From contig NW_027362764.1 in the NCBI RefSeq assembly GCF_046119375.1, forward strand, positions 206,522,001 to 206,586,000: DNA of 64,000 bases, written 5' to 3'. Position 1 is the first letter of the stretch. Each line of letters begins with the position of its first letter. Of this stretch, positions 9,884 to 21,680 are shown piece by piece. The translations under genes were made by a program, and so were the position numbers. The notes under the pieces are model-generated. The model saw nothing but the letters and a program-made list of their open reading frames with translations. It did no database searches and was not told the origin of the DNA. The stretch is from Phyllobates terribilis (Eukaryota).

Positions 9884-11885
9884 TAAATTCGAGAAATGCC
9901 TTTTTGAGCAGACCTCTCTACCGTTCCTGGGCTATATTATCTCCGAGACTGGGCTGCGGATGGATCCCGAGAAGGTCTCTGCCGTCTTAAAGTGGCCCCG
10001 ACCGGAGGGGTTGAAGGTGATTCAGCGATTCCTGGGCTTCGCAAATTATTACTACCTCTTCTTTCTTCATTTCTCCTCCCGGACTGCTCCCATCTCCGCG
10101 CTCACCCGTAAAGGAGCAAATCCCAGGGAATGGACTTCCGAAGCGGAGGAGGCCTTCGTCTCCCTAAAACTAGCCTTCTCCTCCGCTCCTGTGCTACACC
10201 GTCTGGATTGCAACAAGCAGTTCTTCCTGGAGGTTGATGCATCCTCTTCCGGAGCTGAAGCGGTGCTCACCCAGCAATCCTTGTCCGGAAGAATGGTAAC
10301 CTGCAGCTTCTTCTCCAAGCTCTTCTCTTGGTCCGAACGCAACTACTCCATAGGAGATCGTGAGCTGCTGGCCATCAAATTAGCGCTGGAGGAGTGGCTC
10401 TATTTGCTTGAGGGGGCTCTGCACCTGGTGGTCATCTACACTGACCATAAGAACCTCGCTTATTTACAGAACGCCCAAAGACTAAATCCACGCCAGGCCA
10501 GGTGGTCTCTATTCTTTTCCCAATTCTGCTTCACCCTGCACTACCGCCCAGCGGACAAGAACATTAAGGCTGATGCTCTATCCCGCTCTTTCCTATCTTC
10601 CGACCAAGAGGAGGAGCCTCTACATATCATTGATCCCTCCAAAGTAACGACTGTGGCTCCGTTTGACCTGTCTCATCTTCCACCTTTGTAGCGGTTCCAG
10701 ATCGTAAGAAGGTTCTACTCTGGGGCCATTCATCCAAACTAGCCAGTCATGCTGGCCAGAGGAAGACCTTTCTGCTCATCGCCTGACATTACTGGTGGGC
10801 TTCCCTGGGCAAGGATGTTGCGGACTTTGTCGCGGCTTGTTCCGTCTGTGCCCGTAACAGGGTTCCCTGGCACCTTCCATCCGGCCATCTCCTTCCTCTT
10901 CCCATGCCTTCCACTCCGTGGCAACACATTGCAATGGACTTCATTACGAATCTCCCTGTTTCTGCCGGTTGTACTGTCATTTGGGTGGTCGCTGACCACT
11001 TTTCTAAACTGACCCACTTCATCCCTCTGCCTGGTCTTCCATCTGCATCTGTGCTGGCTAAGGACTTCATCCATCACATTTTTCGTCTTCACGGCCTACC
11101 TCTCCACGTTGTGTCTGATCGCGGGGTCCAGTTCACTTCGCGCTTCTGGATGTCTCCTTGGATTTCTCCTCTGCTTATCATCCTCAGTCCAATGGTCAAG
11201 GGGAACATATCAACCAGGTAACCAGGTCCTTATCAGCTTTCTTTGGCACTTTTTCAATACTAACCATAACGATTGGGTTGAGCTCCTGCCCTGGGCCGAG
11301 TTCTCCTATAACAACCATGAGAGCAAGTCTTCTTCTAAATCCCCGTTCTTTGTGGTCTACGGTTAACACCCCCGGATTCCATTTCCCGTCTCCTCTTCAA
11401 TGGACAATCCTGCCGCGGAGTCTCTGCTCAGCGAATTTTCAGCTATTTGGGAAGACACTTGATCTGCACTTCTTCAGTCCCCTGAGCGGATGAAGAGACA
11501 TGCTGATAAGAGACGTTTGGATCTGCCTCAATTCCGTCCGGGAGACAAGGTCTGGCTTTCCTCCAAATATGTTCGTCTCAAGATACCTTCCTATAAGTTG
11601 GGTCCGCGGTTCATCGGTCCGTTCGAGGTTCTGAACCAAATCAATCCCGTGGCTTACAAGCTGAAACTCCCAGTCACCTTACGGATTCCCAACTCCTTTC
11701 ATGTATCCCTCCTCAAACCTGTTGTCCTTAATTCTTTCTCTGACAATCCAGGTACCACTCCAGCTCCAGTCTCTGCTGAAGACATCTTTGAGGTAGAAAA
11801 CATTTTGGCCACCAAGAGAGTAAGAGGAAAGACTTTCTTTCTTGTGGATTGGAAGGGGTTTGGCCCTGAGGAGAGGTCTTAGGAA
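9884..11885 (+). pseudogene. Gypsy pol remnant (RT end, RNase H, integrase, GPF/Y, chromodomain; chromodomain resumes at 22606)
   Basis: AKFEKCLF, EVDASSSG, WQHIAMDFI, SDRGVQFTSRFW, YHPQSNGQ, KLGPRFIGPF, FLVDWKGFGPEERS then EPRENIHAPHLLKKF after the hAT; several stops and frameshifts. Confidence 0.92.
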
Positions 11886-12391
11886 TAGTGTTGAGCCACC
11901 CCCGTAGTGTTCGAGTTCGGTTCGGTTCGTCGAACACCGGTGTGTTCGCCGAACTGTTCGTCGAACTGTTCGTCGAACACCTTCGAACACCGTTAAAACC
12001 AATGGCAGGCAAACAAAAACACATAGAAACACATAGAAAACACCTTCAAAGGTGTCCAAAAGCTGACAAACTGCTCAGAAGACATAACTAACACATGGAA
12101 AAGTGACAAGTACATATAGTCATGCGAAAATAAAAGAGGTGGAGGAGTAAAAGGAGGGGGAGACACAGATATAGGCATGTCATGTCCTTCTAAAATCCAA
12201 AAAGTGAGAAGCCGACACGGCCAGTCCGCTCCTGCCCGTGCCACCTCCGTGTCGCCGGGTTTGTGCCAGAGCCGCGGTGAACCCTGACGGCCAGCCCCCC
12301 TCTCCCAATACTGGTGCCTGTCCGCTGGTGGGTCGAGCGAGCCCCCCTGTGGTGGAGGCAGCTCTAAGCTTTTTAATTTAAATTGTCTCTC

Positions 12392-12693
12392 TAATTTGAA
12401 TGAATACACTTTAAATCCATTTACAAGGATCTATTGGAGGGCAAGTCTCATGCCAGCAGCCGCGTAATTCCAGCTCCAGTAGCGTCCACTAAAGCTGCTG
12501 CAGTTAAAAAGCTTTTATAAGGATCGAGCTCGGCTGTCCACCGCAAGGCATCCTACTGCCAGTCCCAGCCCCTATGCCTTGGGGTGCCTCCTGATGCTCT
12601 TCACTAAGTATCCCATGGTCCCGAAGCATTTCCTTTGAAAAAATTAAGTGTCTAAACTACAGGTGGTGCAGCTTGCTTAACAGCCGGGATAAT
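12392..12693 (+). pseudogene. Decayed 18S rRNA fragment (530-loop region into V4) inside the hAT
   Basis: ttggagggcaagtc, gccagcagccgcgtaattccagctcc, gctgcagttaaaaagct and cccgaagc...tttgaaaaaatta are collinear with vertebrate 18S; a G is missing from the invariant GCCGCGGTAA. Confidence 0.9.
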
Positions 12694-12767
12694 CCGCTCA
12701 CTAGCAGACACTGCTACTAGGCACAAAGTATTTCCTGGGCTAGATGCAGTTAAAAATTTGTAATTAG

Positions 12768-14583
12768 ATACTCTCGTTGGATGCTGAGAAAGCATTCCAT
12801 AGAGTCTCCTGGCACGCCATATATGATTCTCTTAAAAAGCTTGGGGTAGGGGTCTAGGGGACCCTTTTATAGCCAAAATCACGGCCCTGTATCGCAATAC
12901 GTCACCTAGGCTGAAGATAAATGGAACTGTAGCACCCTGAGGGCTCGGTTGCTACAGACGTATTGCACCTCACCCAGAGGTGTGATATCTCACTCTCAGG
13001 TAAGGATGGAGTGTGGATCAGGACCCGACACCTGCATGCATTACACCACATTGCCGTGGGGCAGGGCGACCAATATGCCCCTGAGATGGGCACGACAGTC
13101 CCTGTCCCTGGCTGGAGTGGGGGGAGGGAACACTGAGGAAGGGGAACCCTGTAGTGCAGGAGCAGGGAGGAAGCAGTTCCTGGGTGCATTGAGAAGGGAG
13201 TATAAAAGGTGGGCACCATCTTAGTTCAGTGCAGAGAAGTCTGAGCAGAAGTGGCAGGGAGCAGGGGCTCTGCATGAGCTCTGCTCCGGAGGCGGGCCTA
13301 GTAACAGAGGCCCAGGCCTGGAAGAGGGAGAAGGAAGGAAGAGGACCGGAGAAGGCTCCAGGAACGAGGAATGAAGGGATCTCAGGGGTGCGGACGGGCG
13401 AGTCGCCACCGCACGCCCGAATCCACCTGCGTGGAGGGGTCAGGCCAAAGGGGGAGACCGGTCCCCGAACTACTGGAGGCAGGAAACGACCCTCAGCTAG
13501 AAACCGGAGGCTCTGACATTTTATGTGGCGCAGCCCCTCGCTACACCCGTTAGGAAGGCACCACATAGGGTCAGGGAAACTGGCGCCAAGTTTACCAAGA
13601 GGAGGCCCGAGGCAGCCGGACAGAAGTGTTGGTAAGAAAGGCCAGACAAAGGACACACAAAGGGGGTCCTGTGAAGTGCTCCAAAGTTATCTGGGAGTTG
13701 TCTGAGCCCCTCACCTGGTGAGCACAGTACGACGTGGGCAGCCGTTACCTGCAGACGTGGTCTGGATAATAAGATCTGTGAGTAAAGGCCCTGAACTGCA
13801 TCACTGACTCCGTGTCGTTACTGCTGCTGCCCTGCACCATCACCCCCATCCTCCGCATACACTGCCCTGAGGCTATACTCCTCCCATGGGGAGTTATGCT
13901 ACGCTCTGCTGCACCCACAACACCAGCCTCAGTGGTCTGCCCTGTAGCGGCGGTTCACTCTGACCGCAATCCACGGGTGGCGTAGTCGGACATTTAAACA
14001 TGAAAACCACATAAATAGTTCCGCCACTGGTTTGACCGCCCTGAGCCACGGAACTGGGTCGCCGCCACGAAGACTGCAACCACCAGCATCCACCAAAAAG
14101 GGTCCGGCTCCGGGTGTCCCAAGGCCCAGGGGGTGCGTCAGAACATTTTCATCACCTTTCACAATCACCAATGGGACAAGGCAGTGATGTCCTCTGTCCC
14201 CTCTCTTATACATCCTAGTGACGGAGCACCTGCTCTCATCAATTCGCCATAACCCCAATATTAGGTGGATTGAGGTGGGAGGCACCGAGTACAAGTGCTC
14301 TCTATTTGCTGATGATGTCCTAGTATATATCACTCAATCACATATATCCATCCATGCTGTTATGGCTGAAATAGATCACTTTGTTACATGGTAAAATTTT
14401 AAAATCAATGCAGCGAAGTCTGAGGCCCTCGATGTCTCCCTCCCCAAATCCATATAGGATTCCATCCAGTCCAACTTTCCCTTTGCCTGGCCCTCACAGG
14501 GTATCAAATACTTAGGAATTCCTATTCATAGAGACCTCTCCCATCTATGTTATCTTAATTTTGGGCCCTTTATTGAACAACTC
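12768..14583 (+). mobile_element. L1/Tx1-clade LINE RT fragment, split by a solo LTR
   Basis: LSLDAEKAF at 12771, GTRQ*CPLSPLLY at ~14172, LFADDVL at ~14303; stops present. Confidence 0.88.
12928..14140 (+). mobile_element. Solo LTR
   Basis: TGTAGCACCC...GGGTGCGTCA termini; 4-bp TSD GAAC (12924-12927, 14141-14144); TATAAAA at ~13201 and AATAAG/AGTAAA near 13768-13786; L1 reading continues across it. Confidence 0.9.
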
Positions 14584-14584
14584 C

Positions 14585-16145
14585 ATACAGACCACGGTTG
14601 GCAAGTTAGAACTGTAAGATTCACTACGTGAACCACTGGTGTTTTGTGGAAAAGCACATGTACACTGCGTTCCAAATTATTATACAAAAAGTGTTTAGGA
14701 GTGATAAGGGAAGAATTTGCTTGTTTGTCAGTTAAACTCATTGATGGTGATGTGTGTCAGGGCTCTTTATATCACTGTAAGCAATTGCAGACACCTGTGC
14801 TAATTAGTTTGGCAGGTGTGTCCTATGAAAGGCAAGACTACTTAAGAAGGCTCTCTCACATTATTAAGCAGCCTACATTTTCTGCCAAAATGGGAAAGAA
14901 AAAGGATGTGTCGGCTGCTGAGAAGCAACAAATTGTGGAGTGTTTAGGTCAAGGCATGACTACAATCAACATTGTGCGATGATCAGGATGAAGTGTCTTG
15001 GCAATCAAGAAGTATGTAGCTGATTCACAGTACACACGTGTGCGTGCTGATAAGGGCAAATTGAGGACTCTTTCCTACAGGCAATTACGTCAGGTTGAAA
15101 GAGCAGCGGCAAAAAAGCCTTGTCATAGCAGCAGACAAGTTTTTTAAGCTGCTTGTGCCTCCAACGTCCCCCGAACAACAAGATGCAGGGTCCTTCAGAG
15201 GTTTGCAGCTGTGCATGCACCATCCTGTCGACCTCCTCTATCCACTTCACACAAGCAGAAACGGCTCCAGTGAGCCAAACATTACATGAAGACTGATTTC
15301 AAAACTGTTTTGTTCACGGATGAGTGCCGTGCAGCGCTCGATGGTCCAGATGGATGGAGTGGAGGATGGCTGGTTGATGGACACCCCACGCAAACACGGC
15401 TACAGCGCCAACAAGGAGGAGGTGGAGTAATGTTTTGGGCTGGAATCATGGGGAGAGAGATTGTCGGCCCCTTTAGGATCCCTGAAGGCGCTAAAGATGA
15501 ACTCCATAATGTATGTGGATTTTCTCAAACAGCACTTCCTGCCATGGTTCAAGAAGAAGAACCGTGTATTTCACAGCAAGATCATTTTTCTGCATGATAA
15601 TGCACCATCTCATGCTGCACATAAACATCTGCATCTCTGGCTGATATGGGCATAAAAGGGGACAAACTTATGGTGTGACCCCCATGCTCCCCTGACCTCT
15701 ACCCCATTCAGAACCTTTGGAGCATCATTAAAAGGAGTGTCTATGATGGCGGGAGGCAGTTCACATCTAAGCAACAGCTCTGGGAGGGTATTCTGTCCTC
15801 ATGCAAAACAATTGAAGCAGAAACCATCCAAAACCTGACAAATTCAATGGACGAGAGAGTTCAGAAGCTCCTTTCGAACAAGGGGTCCTATGTGAAAATG
15901 TAACATCACCTAGAATAAAGTTTTGAGTTGAAAACTGTTTGATTTCAGTTTCTAACAACCTGCTAATGCTTATAATTTCAAAAATGACCATTTTTTTGGT
16001 CTTTATTAAAATGAAAAGGTTGATCGAAAAGTTTGGGGGATCTAAGAGTGTGGCAACCCAGTAGTCATGATTACTTCGAATTCTGACAATATGAGGGTCA
16101 TGCTGCAGGTAGTGCAGCAAGAAGGCACTTATGTGCCTTGCGCAT
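14585..16145 (-). pseudogene. Diverged partial duplicate of the hAT transposase 3' region (14585-14662 and ~16033-16145, split by Tc1)
   Basis: Aligns by eye with 16812-16885 and 16974-17095 (WVATLLDP, LHYLQHDP motifs) with several substitutions. Confidence 0.8.
14663..16030 (+). mobile_element. Decayed Tc1 element lacking its right TIR
   Basis: TA|CACTGCGTTCCAAATTATT left end; LFTDEC, VMFWAGI and FLHDNAPSH motifs in broken frames. Confidence 0.88.
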
Positions 16146-16361
16146 CTCGGAGCCCCAAAATTATTTTCCGGGCTAGATGCAGCTAAAAATTATTTTTAAT
16201 TTTAAATCTGGTGAAGCTTTAGTATAGATGGCCTAATAGGATCAGTGCTGCACACTGCTACAAAGCCCAAATTATTTTCCAGTCAAGATACAGATAAACA
16301 TGATTAGTAATTTGAAAGCTTAAAACGGTTGGTAGGGTGATTTTAACCAATCATCAAGCTT

Positions 16362-19300
16362 TTACTCTCCCCAGGATGACACAGGGGTAGAAAAGTCGTT
16401 TCGGATCCATGATATGTTCATCTTTATGAACGTGAGTCTGTCTACATTATCAGTGGAGAGCCGCGTGCGCTTATCTGTCAGCACACCACCAGCAGCGCTG
16501 AACACACGTTCAGACAGAACGCTGGCTGCGGGGCATGACAAGATCTCCAAGGCGTAAGTGGCTAGCTCCGGCCATTTATCCAGATTGGAAGCCCAAAAAG
16601 AGCAAGGGTCCAGTGACACAGTCGTGGCTTCAATGTTTACTTGGAGATACTCCTGTACCATCGTCTCTAGGCGTTGACTATGTGTCAGACTTCTTGTCTC
16701 CTGTGGCCTTGCAAAGGATGGGCTAAAAAAGTGGTGAAATGATTCCGCAAAATTGATGTTACCAGCAGATACTGTGGTTCTGTTACGGTTTGAGTGCTGA
16801 ACACTTGACGGTCCCACGGTTGGCAAGTTGGAACTGTGAGATTCACTACGTGCACCACTGGTATTTTGTGGAAAAGCACATGTAAGATTCTGCAACAGTC
16901 TCTGCTGATACTCCTGCATGCGTGCATCCCTTTCTATGGCAGGAATAATTTCTGCAAATTTACTTTTGTACCGGGGATCTAACAGTGTGGCAACCCAGTA
17001 GTCAGGATTATTTCTAATTCTCACAATTCGAGGGTCATGTTGCAGGTAGTGCAGCAAGAAGGCACTCATGTGTGTTGCGCATCCAGGAGCACCAAGTCCC
17101 TGTTGTGTTGGTGGCGAGGTAACAATCATGCTTCCTTCCTCTGTCCTCTCCCCCCAACCTCGCACAACAGAAATGTGATCAAGGTCTCCCTCATCTAATG
17201 AGTCTTCCATCAGTTCGTCCTCCACTTCTTCCTGGGCTCCTGCACCTTCCTCACTAGTTTGGCTGCTACCATGCGCCCTGGTAAAACCATCTCCCCCACC
17301 CTCACATGCCTGCCGCCTTGGTGCTGCCGACCGTCTGGACCTTGCAGATGTTAGCCCTTCCGCATACAACTCCTCCTCCTCTACTTCCTCCACCTCCTCT
17401 TGTGCCACCACCTGACTCCGAATTCTGTTTAACATGTGCTCCAGCATGTAAATCACCGGAATAGTCATGCTGATAATGGCATCGTCAGCACTAAACATCT
17501 TCGTCGCCATTTCAAAACTGTGCAGAAGGGTGCATAGGTCCCTGATCAGAGACCACTCCTCCAGCGTGATTTGCCCCACCTCTGAATCTCGTTGGCCCAG
17601 GCTATACGTCAGAACGTATTGCACCAGGGCTTGTCGGTGCTGCCACAGTCGCTGAAACATGTGCAGAGTTGAATTCCACCGGGTAGGCACATCGCATTTT
17701 AGCCGGTGACGTGGCAGGCCCAACGACTTCTGTAGAGATGTAAGTCGCTGAGCTGCGGGATGCGAACGGCGGAAGTGAGCACACAGCGACCGTGCCCTCT
17801 GCAGAAGGCCATCTAGTCTGGGATGGTGGGCTAAAAATTGCTGGACAACCAGGTTCAACACGTGAGCCATACAAGGCACGTGTGTGACATTGCCCCGGCG
17901 AAGGGCCGCACCCAGGTTTGCAGCATTGTCGCACACGGCCTTCCCTGGTTTCAGGTCCAGTGGAGACAACCATTCATGAAATTGGTTCTCCAGAGCTGAC
18001 CACAACTCCTCAGCTGTGTGACTCACATTTCCCAGACATTTCAATGTAAAAACCGCCTGATGACGTTGAGCCCTACTGCCAGCATAGTAAGGAGGTGTGC
18101 AGGATCCCTTCTGCGCAGTTAGAAAGCTTGTGGCATGACCAGACAGGCTTTGGGTGCAGGTGGAAGACCGAGAGGAGGTTGAGGAGGCAGAAGCAGTGGA
18201 GGAACTTTGACATAAAGAGGATTGACGCACAACTCGTGGGGACGGCAAGACTTGGACAGCAGCCCCTTGTCCTGCTGTCACCATAGTTACCCAGTGCCCA
18301 GTCAGCGACATGTAACGCCCCTGTCCATGCCTACTCGTCCAAGTGTCTGTGGTGAAATGCACCCTGTCACACACAGAGTTTCTCAAAGAAGCGGTGATGT
18401 TGTGTGCGACATGCTGGTGGAGCGCAGGCACACCTTTCTTTGAGAAGTAGTGCCGACTGGGCATCTGGTACTGGGGCACTGCGACGGACATAAGGTCTCG
18501 AAAATCCTCTGTGTCCATCAGGCGGAAAGGCAGCATTTCTGTAGCCAAGAGCTTGCAGATGGTGAAATTCAACCTCTTAGCTTTCTCATGGCTAGGAGGA
18601 AATGGTCTTTTACTTGTCCACATCTGAGGGACCAAGGGCTGGCTATTGTGCTTAGACGGAGTTGATAAGGGTGTCCCCGGCAAACTGCCGGTCTGTGAGG
18701 AAGATGCAGGCGGACATGTTAGGTTGCCTTGATCCAAAGGTGGTGCTATCGATGTCGGACAGCGCTCAACACCAGCTGGTGTTACCACCTCCAAAGAAAA
18801 TGATGACCTGCCAATCACGCTGGCTGTTGCGGGTAAAGAGGTGGCAGGTCTGCGCCCCAAAACAGGTGTGACTGCTGTCCCCCCAGTCACAGAGGATGAA
18901 GAGGCCGCGGATGCACAAGATATGGCAGACGGTGATTGGCCCGGCCGGCTAGGCCGCATTGTAGCACACTGAGCTTCCCACTGCAACTTATGCTTCATGT
19001 CCATGTGCCGGTTCATGCATGAAGTACTCAAACTATGTATTTTTTGGCCTCTACTTAGCTTTTGCTGACAAATGTTACAGATAACACGAGTTGGGTCATC
19101 TTTATCGATCTGAAAAAATGCCCAGGCTATGCAAGGCTTAGCACCCATGCGACCTGAAGAGCCACCACGACTTGTGGTGAGAGGCAGAGTTGTGTTTGAG
19201 GATGCAGTTGTTGACGTGCTTCCAGTACTACGTCTCTGTCCAGGAAGGCGCAACCTGACCTCGTCGTCACTAGCATCTTCCTCCACCTCCTCTGCTGACC

Positions 19301-20063
19301 TCATCTCTTGGCTGACTGTGGGTTGACAGTAAGTGGGATCTCCGACCTCATCATCATCACCCTGTGCGTTATCACACCCGTCGTCCTCAGAGCCAACCTG
19401 TTCCTGCCCTGACAAAAAACTAAAGTTGTCGCTCCAATCAGGTATTTGAGTCTTATCATCGTCTTCCTCATTGTCTCCACCAACAGGAGTTACAGTTTGG
19501 GAATGAGGGTCTACATTATGGTCAGAACCTTCTGCGTCTGGTCCTGGATCCGACTCATAAAGATTCTGGGCATCAGTGCAGATCATTTCCTCGTCTGGAT
19601 TCACAGAAGCGCTGGAGTCGACCTCTGATTCCCAGGCTATAGTATGAGTAAACAGCTCTGCAGACTCAACCATCTGTTCTACCTCATACTCAGACGGGCA
19701 GCTGGAGATTTGGGAGCTGTGAGGAAGCAAGTGCGATTTGGGTGACACCTTTGAGGACTGGAGTATTTGTGATGTTGAAGTTGATGTGGAGGAGAGCCCA
19801 CTTAAAGGAGCACTTGATATCCGTTGAAGCACCTGCTGTTTTTGTGCCTCATCTGGAATTTGTAGCGATTGGCGTGGCCGTAAGAAAGGGATCTTATCAC
19901 ATTGTCCGCTAAAAGAAGTAGACATTTTAGTTTGGCTGGAAGATGGTCTTTCTTCTGCAGATGTTACTGTTGCTTTAACACCTACCCCACGGACACAACC
20001 TTTTTTCCCCTTCCCAACACGCCTATTCCCCTTTCCACCAGCAGCAGGCCTTTTTCCACTCAT
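16362..20063 (-). CDS. hAT transposase (ZBED/Ac-like), intact 1233-aa ORF
   Basis: BED finger (WAFF...CNICQ...CMNRHMDMKH), FTTDTW (D), VCDNAAN (D), CMAH (CxxH), TRWNS, C-terminal dimerisation domain with SERVFS (E); no stops. Confidence 0.95.
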   Translation of the reverse strand: MSGKRPAAGGKGNRRVGKGKKGCVRGVGVKATVTSAEERPSSSQTKMSTSFSGQCDKIPFLRPRQSLQIPDEAQKQQVLQRISSAPLSGLSSTSTSTSQILQSSKVSPKSHLLPHSSQISSCPSEYEVEQMVESAELFTHTIAWESEVDSSASVNPDEEMICTDAQNLYESDPGPDAEGSDHNVDPHSQTVTPVGGDNEEDDDKTQIPDWSDNFSFLSGQEQVGSEDDGCDNAQGDDDEVGDPTYCQPTVSQEMRSAEEVEEDASDDEVRLRLPGQRRSTGSTSTTASSNTTLPLTTSRGGSSGRMGAKPCIAWAFFQIDKDDPTRVICNICQQKLSRGQKIHSLSTSCMNRHMDMKHKLQWEAQCATMRPSRPGQSPSAISCASAASSSSVTGGTAVTPVLGRRPATSLPATASVIGRSSFSLEVVTPAGVERCPTSIAPPLDQGNLTCPPASSSQTGSLPGTPLSTPSKHNSQPLVPQMWTSKRPFPPSHEKAKRLNFTICKLLATEMLPFRLMDTEDFRDLMSVAVPQYQMPSRHYFSKKGVPALHQHVAHNITASLRNSVCDRVHFTTDTWTSRHGQGRYMSLTGHWVTMVTAGQGAAVQVLPSPRVVRQSSLCQSSSTASASSTSSRSSTCTQSLSGHATSFLTAQKGSCTPPYYAGSRAQRHQAVFTLKCLGNVSHTAEELWSALENQFHEWLSPLDLKPGKAVCDNAANLGAALRRGNVTHVPCMAHVLNLVVQQFLAHHPRLDGLLQRARSLCAHFRRSHPAAQRLTSLQKSLGLPRHRLKCDVPTRWNSTLHMFQRLWQHRQALVQYVLTYSLGQRDSEVGQITLEEWSLIRDLCTLLHSFEMATKMFSADDAIISMTIPVIYMLEHMLNRIRSQVVAQEEVEEVEEEELYAEGLTSARSRRSAAPRRQACEGGGDGFTRAHGSSQTSEEGAGAQEEVEDELMEDSLDEGDLDHISVVRGWGERTEEGSMIVTSPPTQQGLGAPGCATHMSAFLLHYLQHDPRIVRIRNNPDYWVATLLDPRYKSKFAEIIPAIERDARMQEYQQRLLQNLTCAFPQNTSGARSESHSSNLPTVGPSSVQHSNRNRTTVSAGNINFAESFHHFFSPSFARPQETRSLTHSQRLETMVQEYLQVNIEATTVSLDPCSFWASNLDKWPELATYALEILSCPAASVLSERVFSAAGGVLTDKRTRLSTDNVDRLTFIKMNISWIRNDFSTPVSSWGE

Positions 20064-20184
20064 TTTGGTGGTTAACTAATTCACAACTCTGGAGTTGTTT
20101 GCACAAAAAAACAATGGATGGTAACCGAGCAGAGCTGAGTGGCCAAACTGTGGTATTAGGCCAAAACTATTGGCTGGGTTACAT

Positions 20185-21680
20185 GCAGAAAAAAATTATT
20201 TTGAATTTGCAACCTGATGGAGGTCAGTATAGATGGACTAATACAAATAGTCCCACACACTGCTAGAAGCCCAAATATTTTTTCAGAGGTACTGTAGATG
20301 CAGATAAAAATTATTTTTAATTTGCAACCTGATGGAGGTCAGTATAGATGGACTAATAGACCAAGTCCCACACACTGCTAGAAGCCCAAATATTTTTTCA
20401 GAGCTAGATGCAGAAAAAAATTATTTTTAATTTGCAACCTGATGGAGGTCAGTATAGATGGACTGATAGACCAAGTCCCACACACCGCTAGAAGCCCAAC
20501 TATTTTTTCAGAGCTAGGTGCAGAAAAAAATTATATTCAATTTGCAACCTGCTGGAGGTCAGTATAGAAGGACTAATAGAACAAGTCCCACACACTGCTA
20601 GAAGCCCAAATATTTTTTCAGAGCTAAATGAAGAAAAAATTTATTTTTAATTTGCAACCTGATGGAGGTCAGTATAGATGGACTAATAGACCAAGTCCCA
20701 CACACTGCTAGAAGCCCAAATATTTTTTCAGAGCTAGATGCAGAAAAAAATTATTTTTAATTTGCAACCTGATGGAGGTCAGTATAGATGGACTAATAGA
20801 CCAAGTCCCACACACCGCTAGAAGCCCAAATATTTTTTCAGAGCTAGATGCAGATAAAAAATATTTTTAATTTGCAACCTGATGGAGGTCAGTATAGATG
20901 GACTAATAGACCAAGTCCCACACACTGCTAGAAGCCCAAATATTTTTTCAGAGCTAAATGAAGAAAAAAATTATTTTTAATTTGCAACCTGATGGAGGTC
21001 AGTATAGATGGACTAATAGACCAAGTCCCACACACTGCTAGAAGCCCAAATATTTTTTCAGAGCTAGATGCAGAAAAAAATTATTTTTAATTTGCAACCT
21101 GATGGAGGTCAGTATAGATGGACTAATAGACCAAGTCCCACACACTGCTAGAAGCCCAAATATTTTTTCAGAGCTAGATGCAGAAAAAAATTATTTTTAA
21201 TTTGCAACCTGATGGAGGTCAGTATAGATGGACTAATAGACCAAGTCCCACACACTGCTAGAAGCCCAAATATTTTTTCAGAGCTAGATGCAGAAAAAAA
21301 TTATTTTTAATTTGCAACCTGATGGAGGTCAGTATAGATGGACTAATAGACCAAGTCCCACACACCGCTAGAAGCCCAACTATTTTTTCAGAGCTAGATG
21401 CAGAAAAAAATTATATTCAATTTGCAACCTGCTGGAGGTCAGTATAGAAGGACTAATAGAACAAGTCCCACACACTGCTAGAAGCCCAAATATTTTTTCA
21501 GAGCTAAATGAAGAAAAAAATTATTTTTAATTTGCAACCTGATGGAGGTCAGTATAGATGGACTAATAGACCAAGTCCCACACACTGCTAGAAGCCAAAA
21601 TATTTTTTCAGAGCTAGATGCAGAAAAAAATTATATTCAGTTTGCAACCTGATGGAGGTCAGTATAGATGGACTAATAGA
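20185..21680. repeat. 110-bp tandem array (~14 units) upstream of the hAT transposase
   Basis: tttgcaacct recurs at 20206, 20321, then every 110 bp to 21641; related units at ~12700-12765 and ~16150-16310. Confidence 0.96.

Noticed and set aside
12392-12693. Functional rRNA gene
   Set aside because: Only ~300 bp, with many substitutions and a deletion in an invariant motif; no ITS, 5.8S or 28S.
16362-20063. Domesticated ZBED host gene
   Set aside because: It lies within TIRs and a perfect 8-bp TSD inside another retrotransposon, so no gene symbol was assigned; selection on the ORF is not excluded.
20185-21680. CRISPR-like or RNA-gene array
   Set aside because: The units are whole-length near-identical 110-mers with no unique spacers or tRNA/snRNA boxes.
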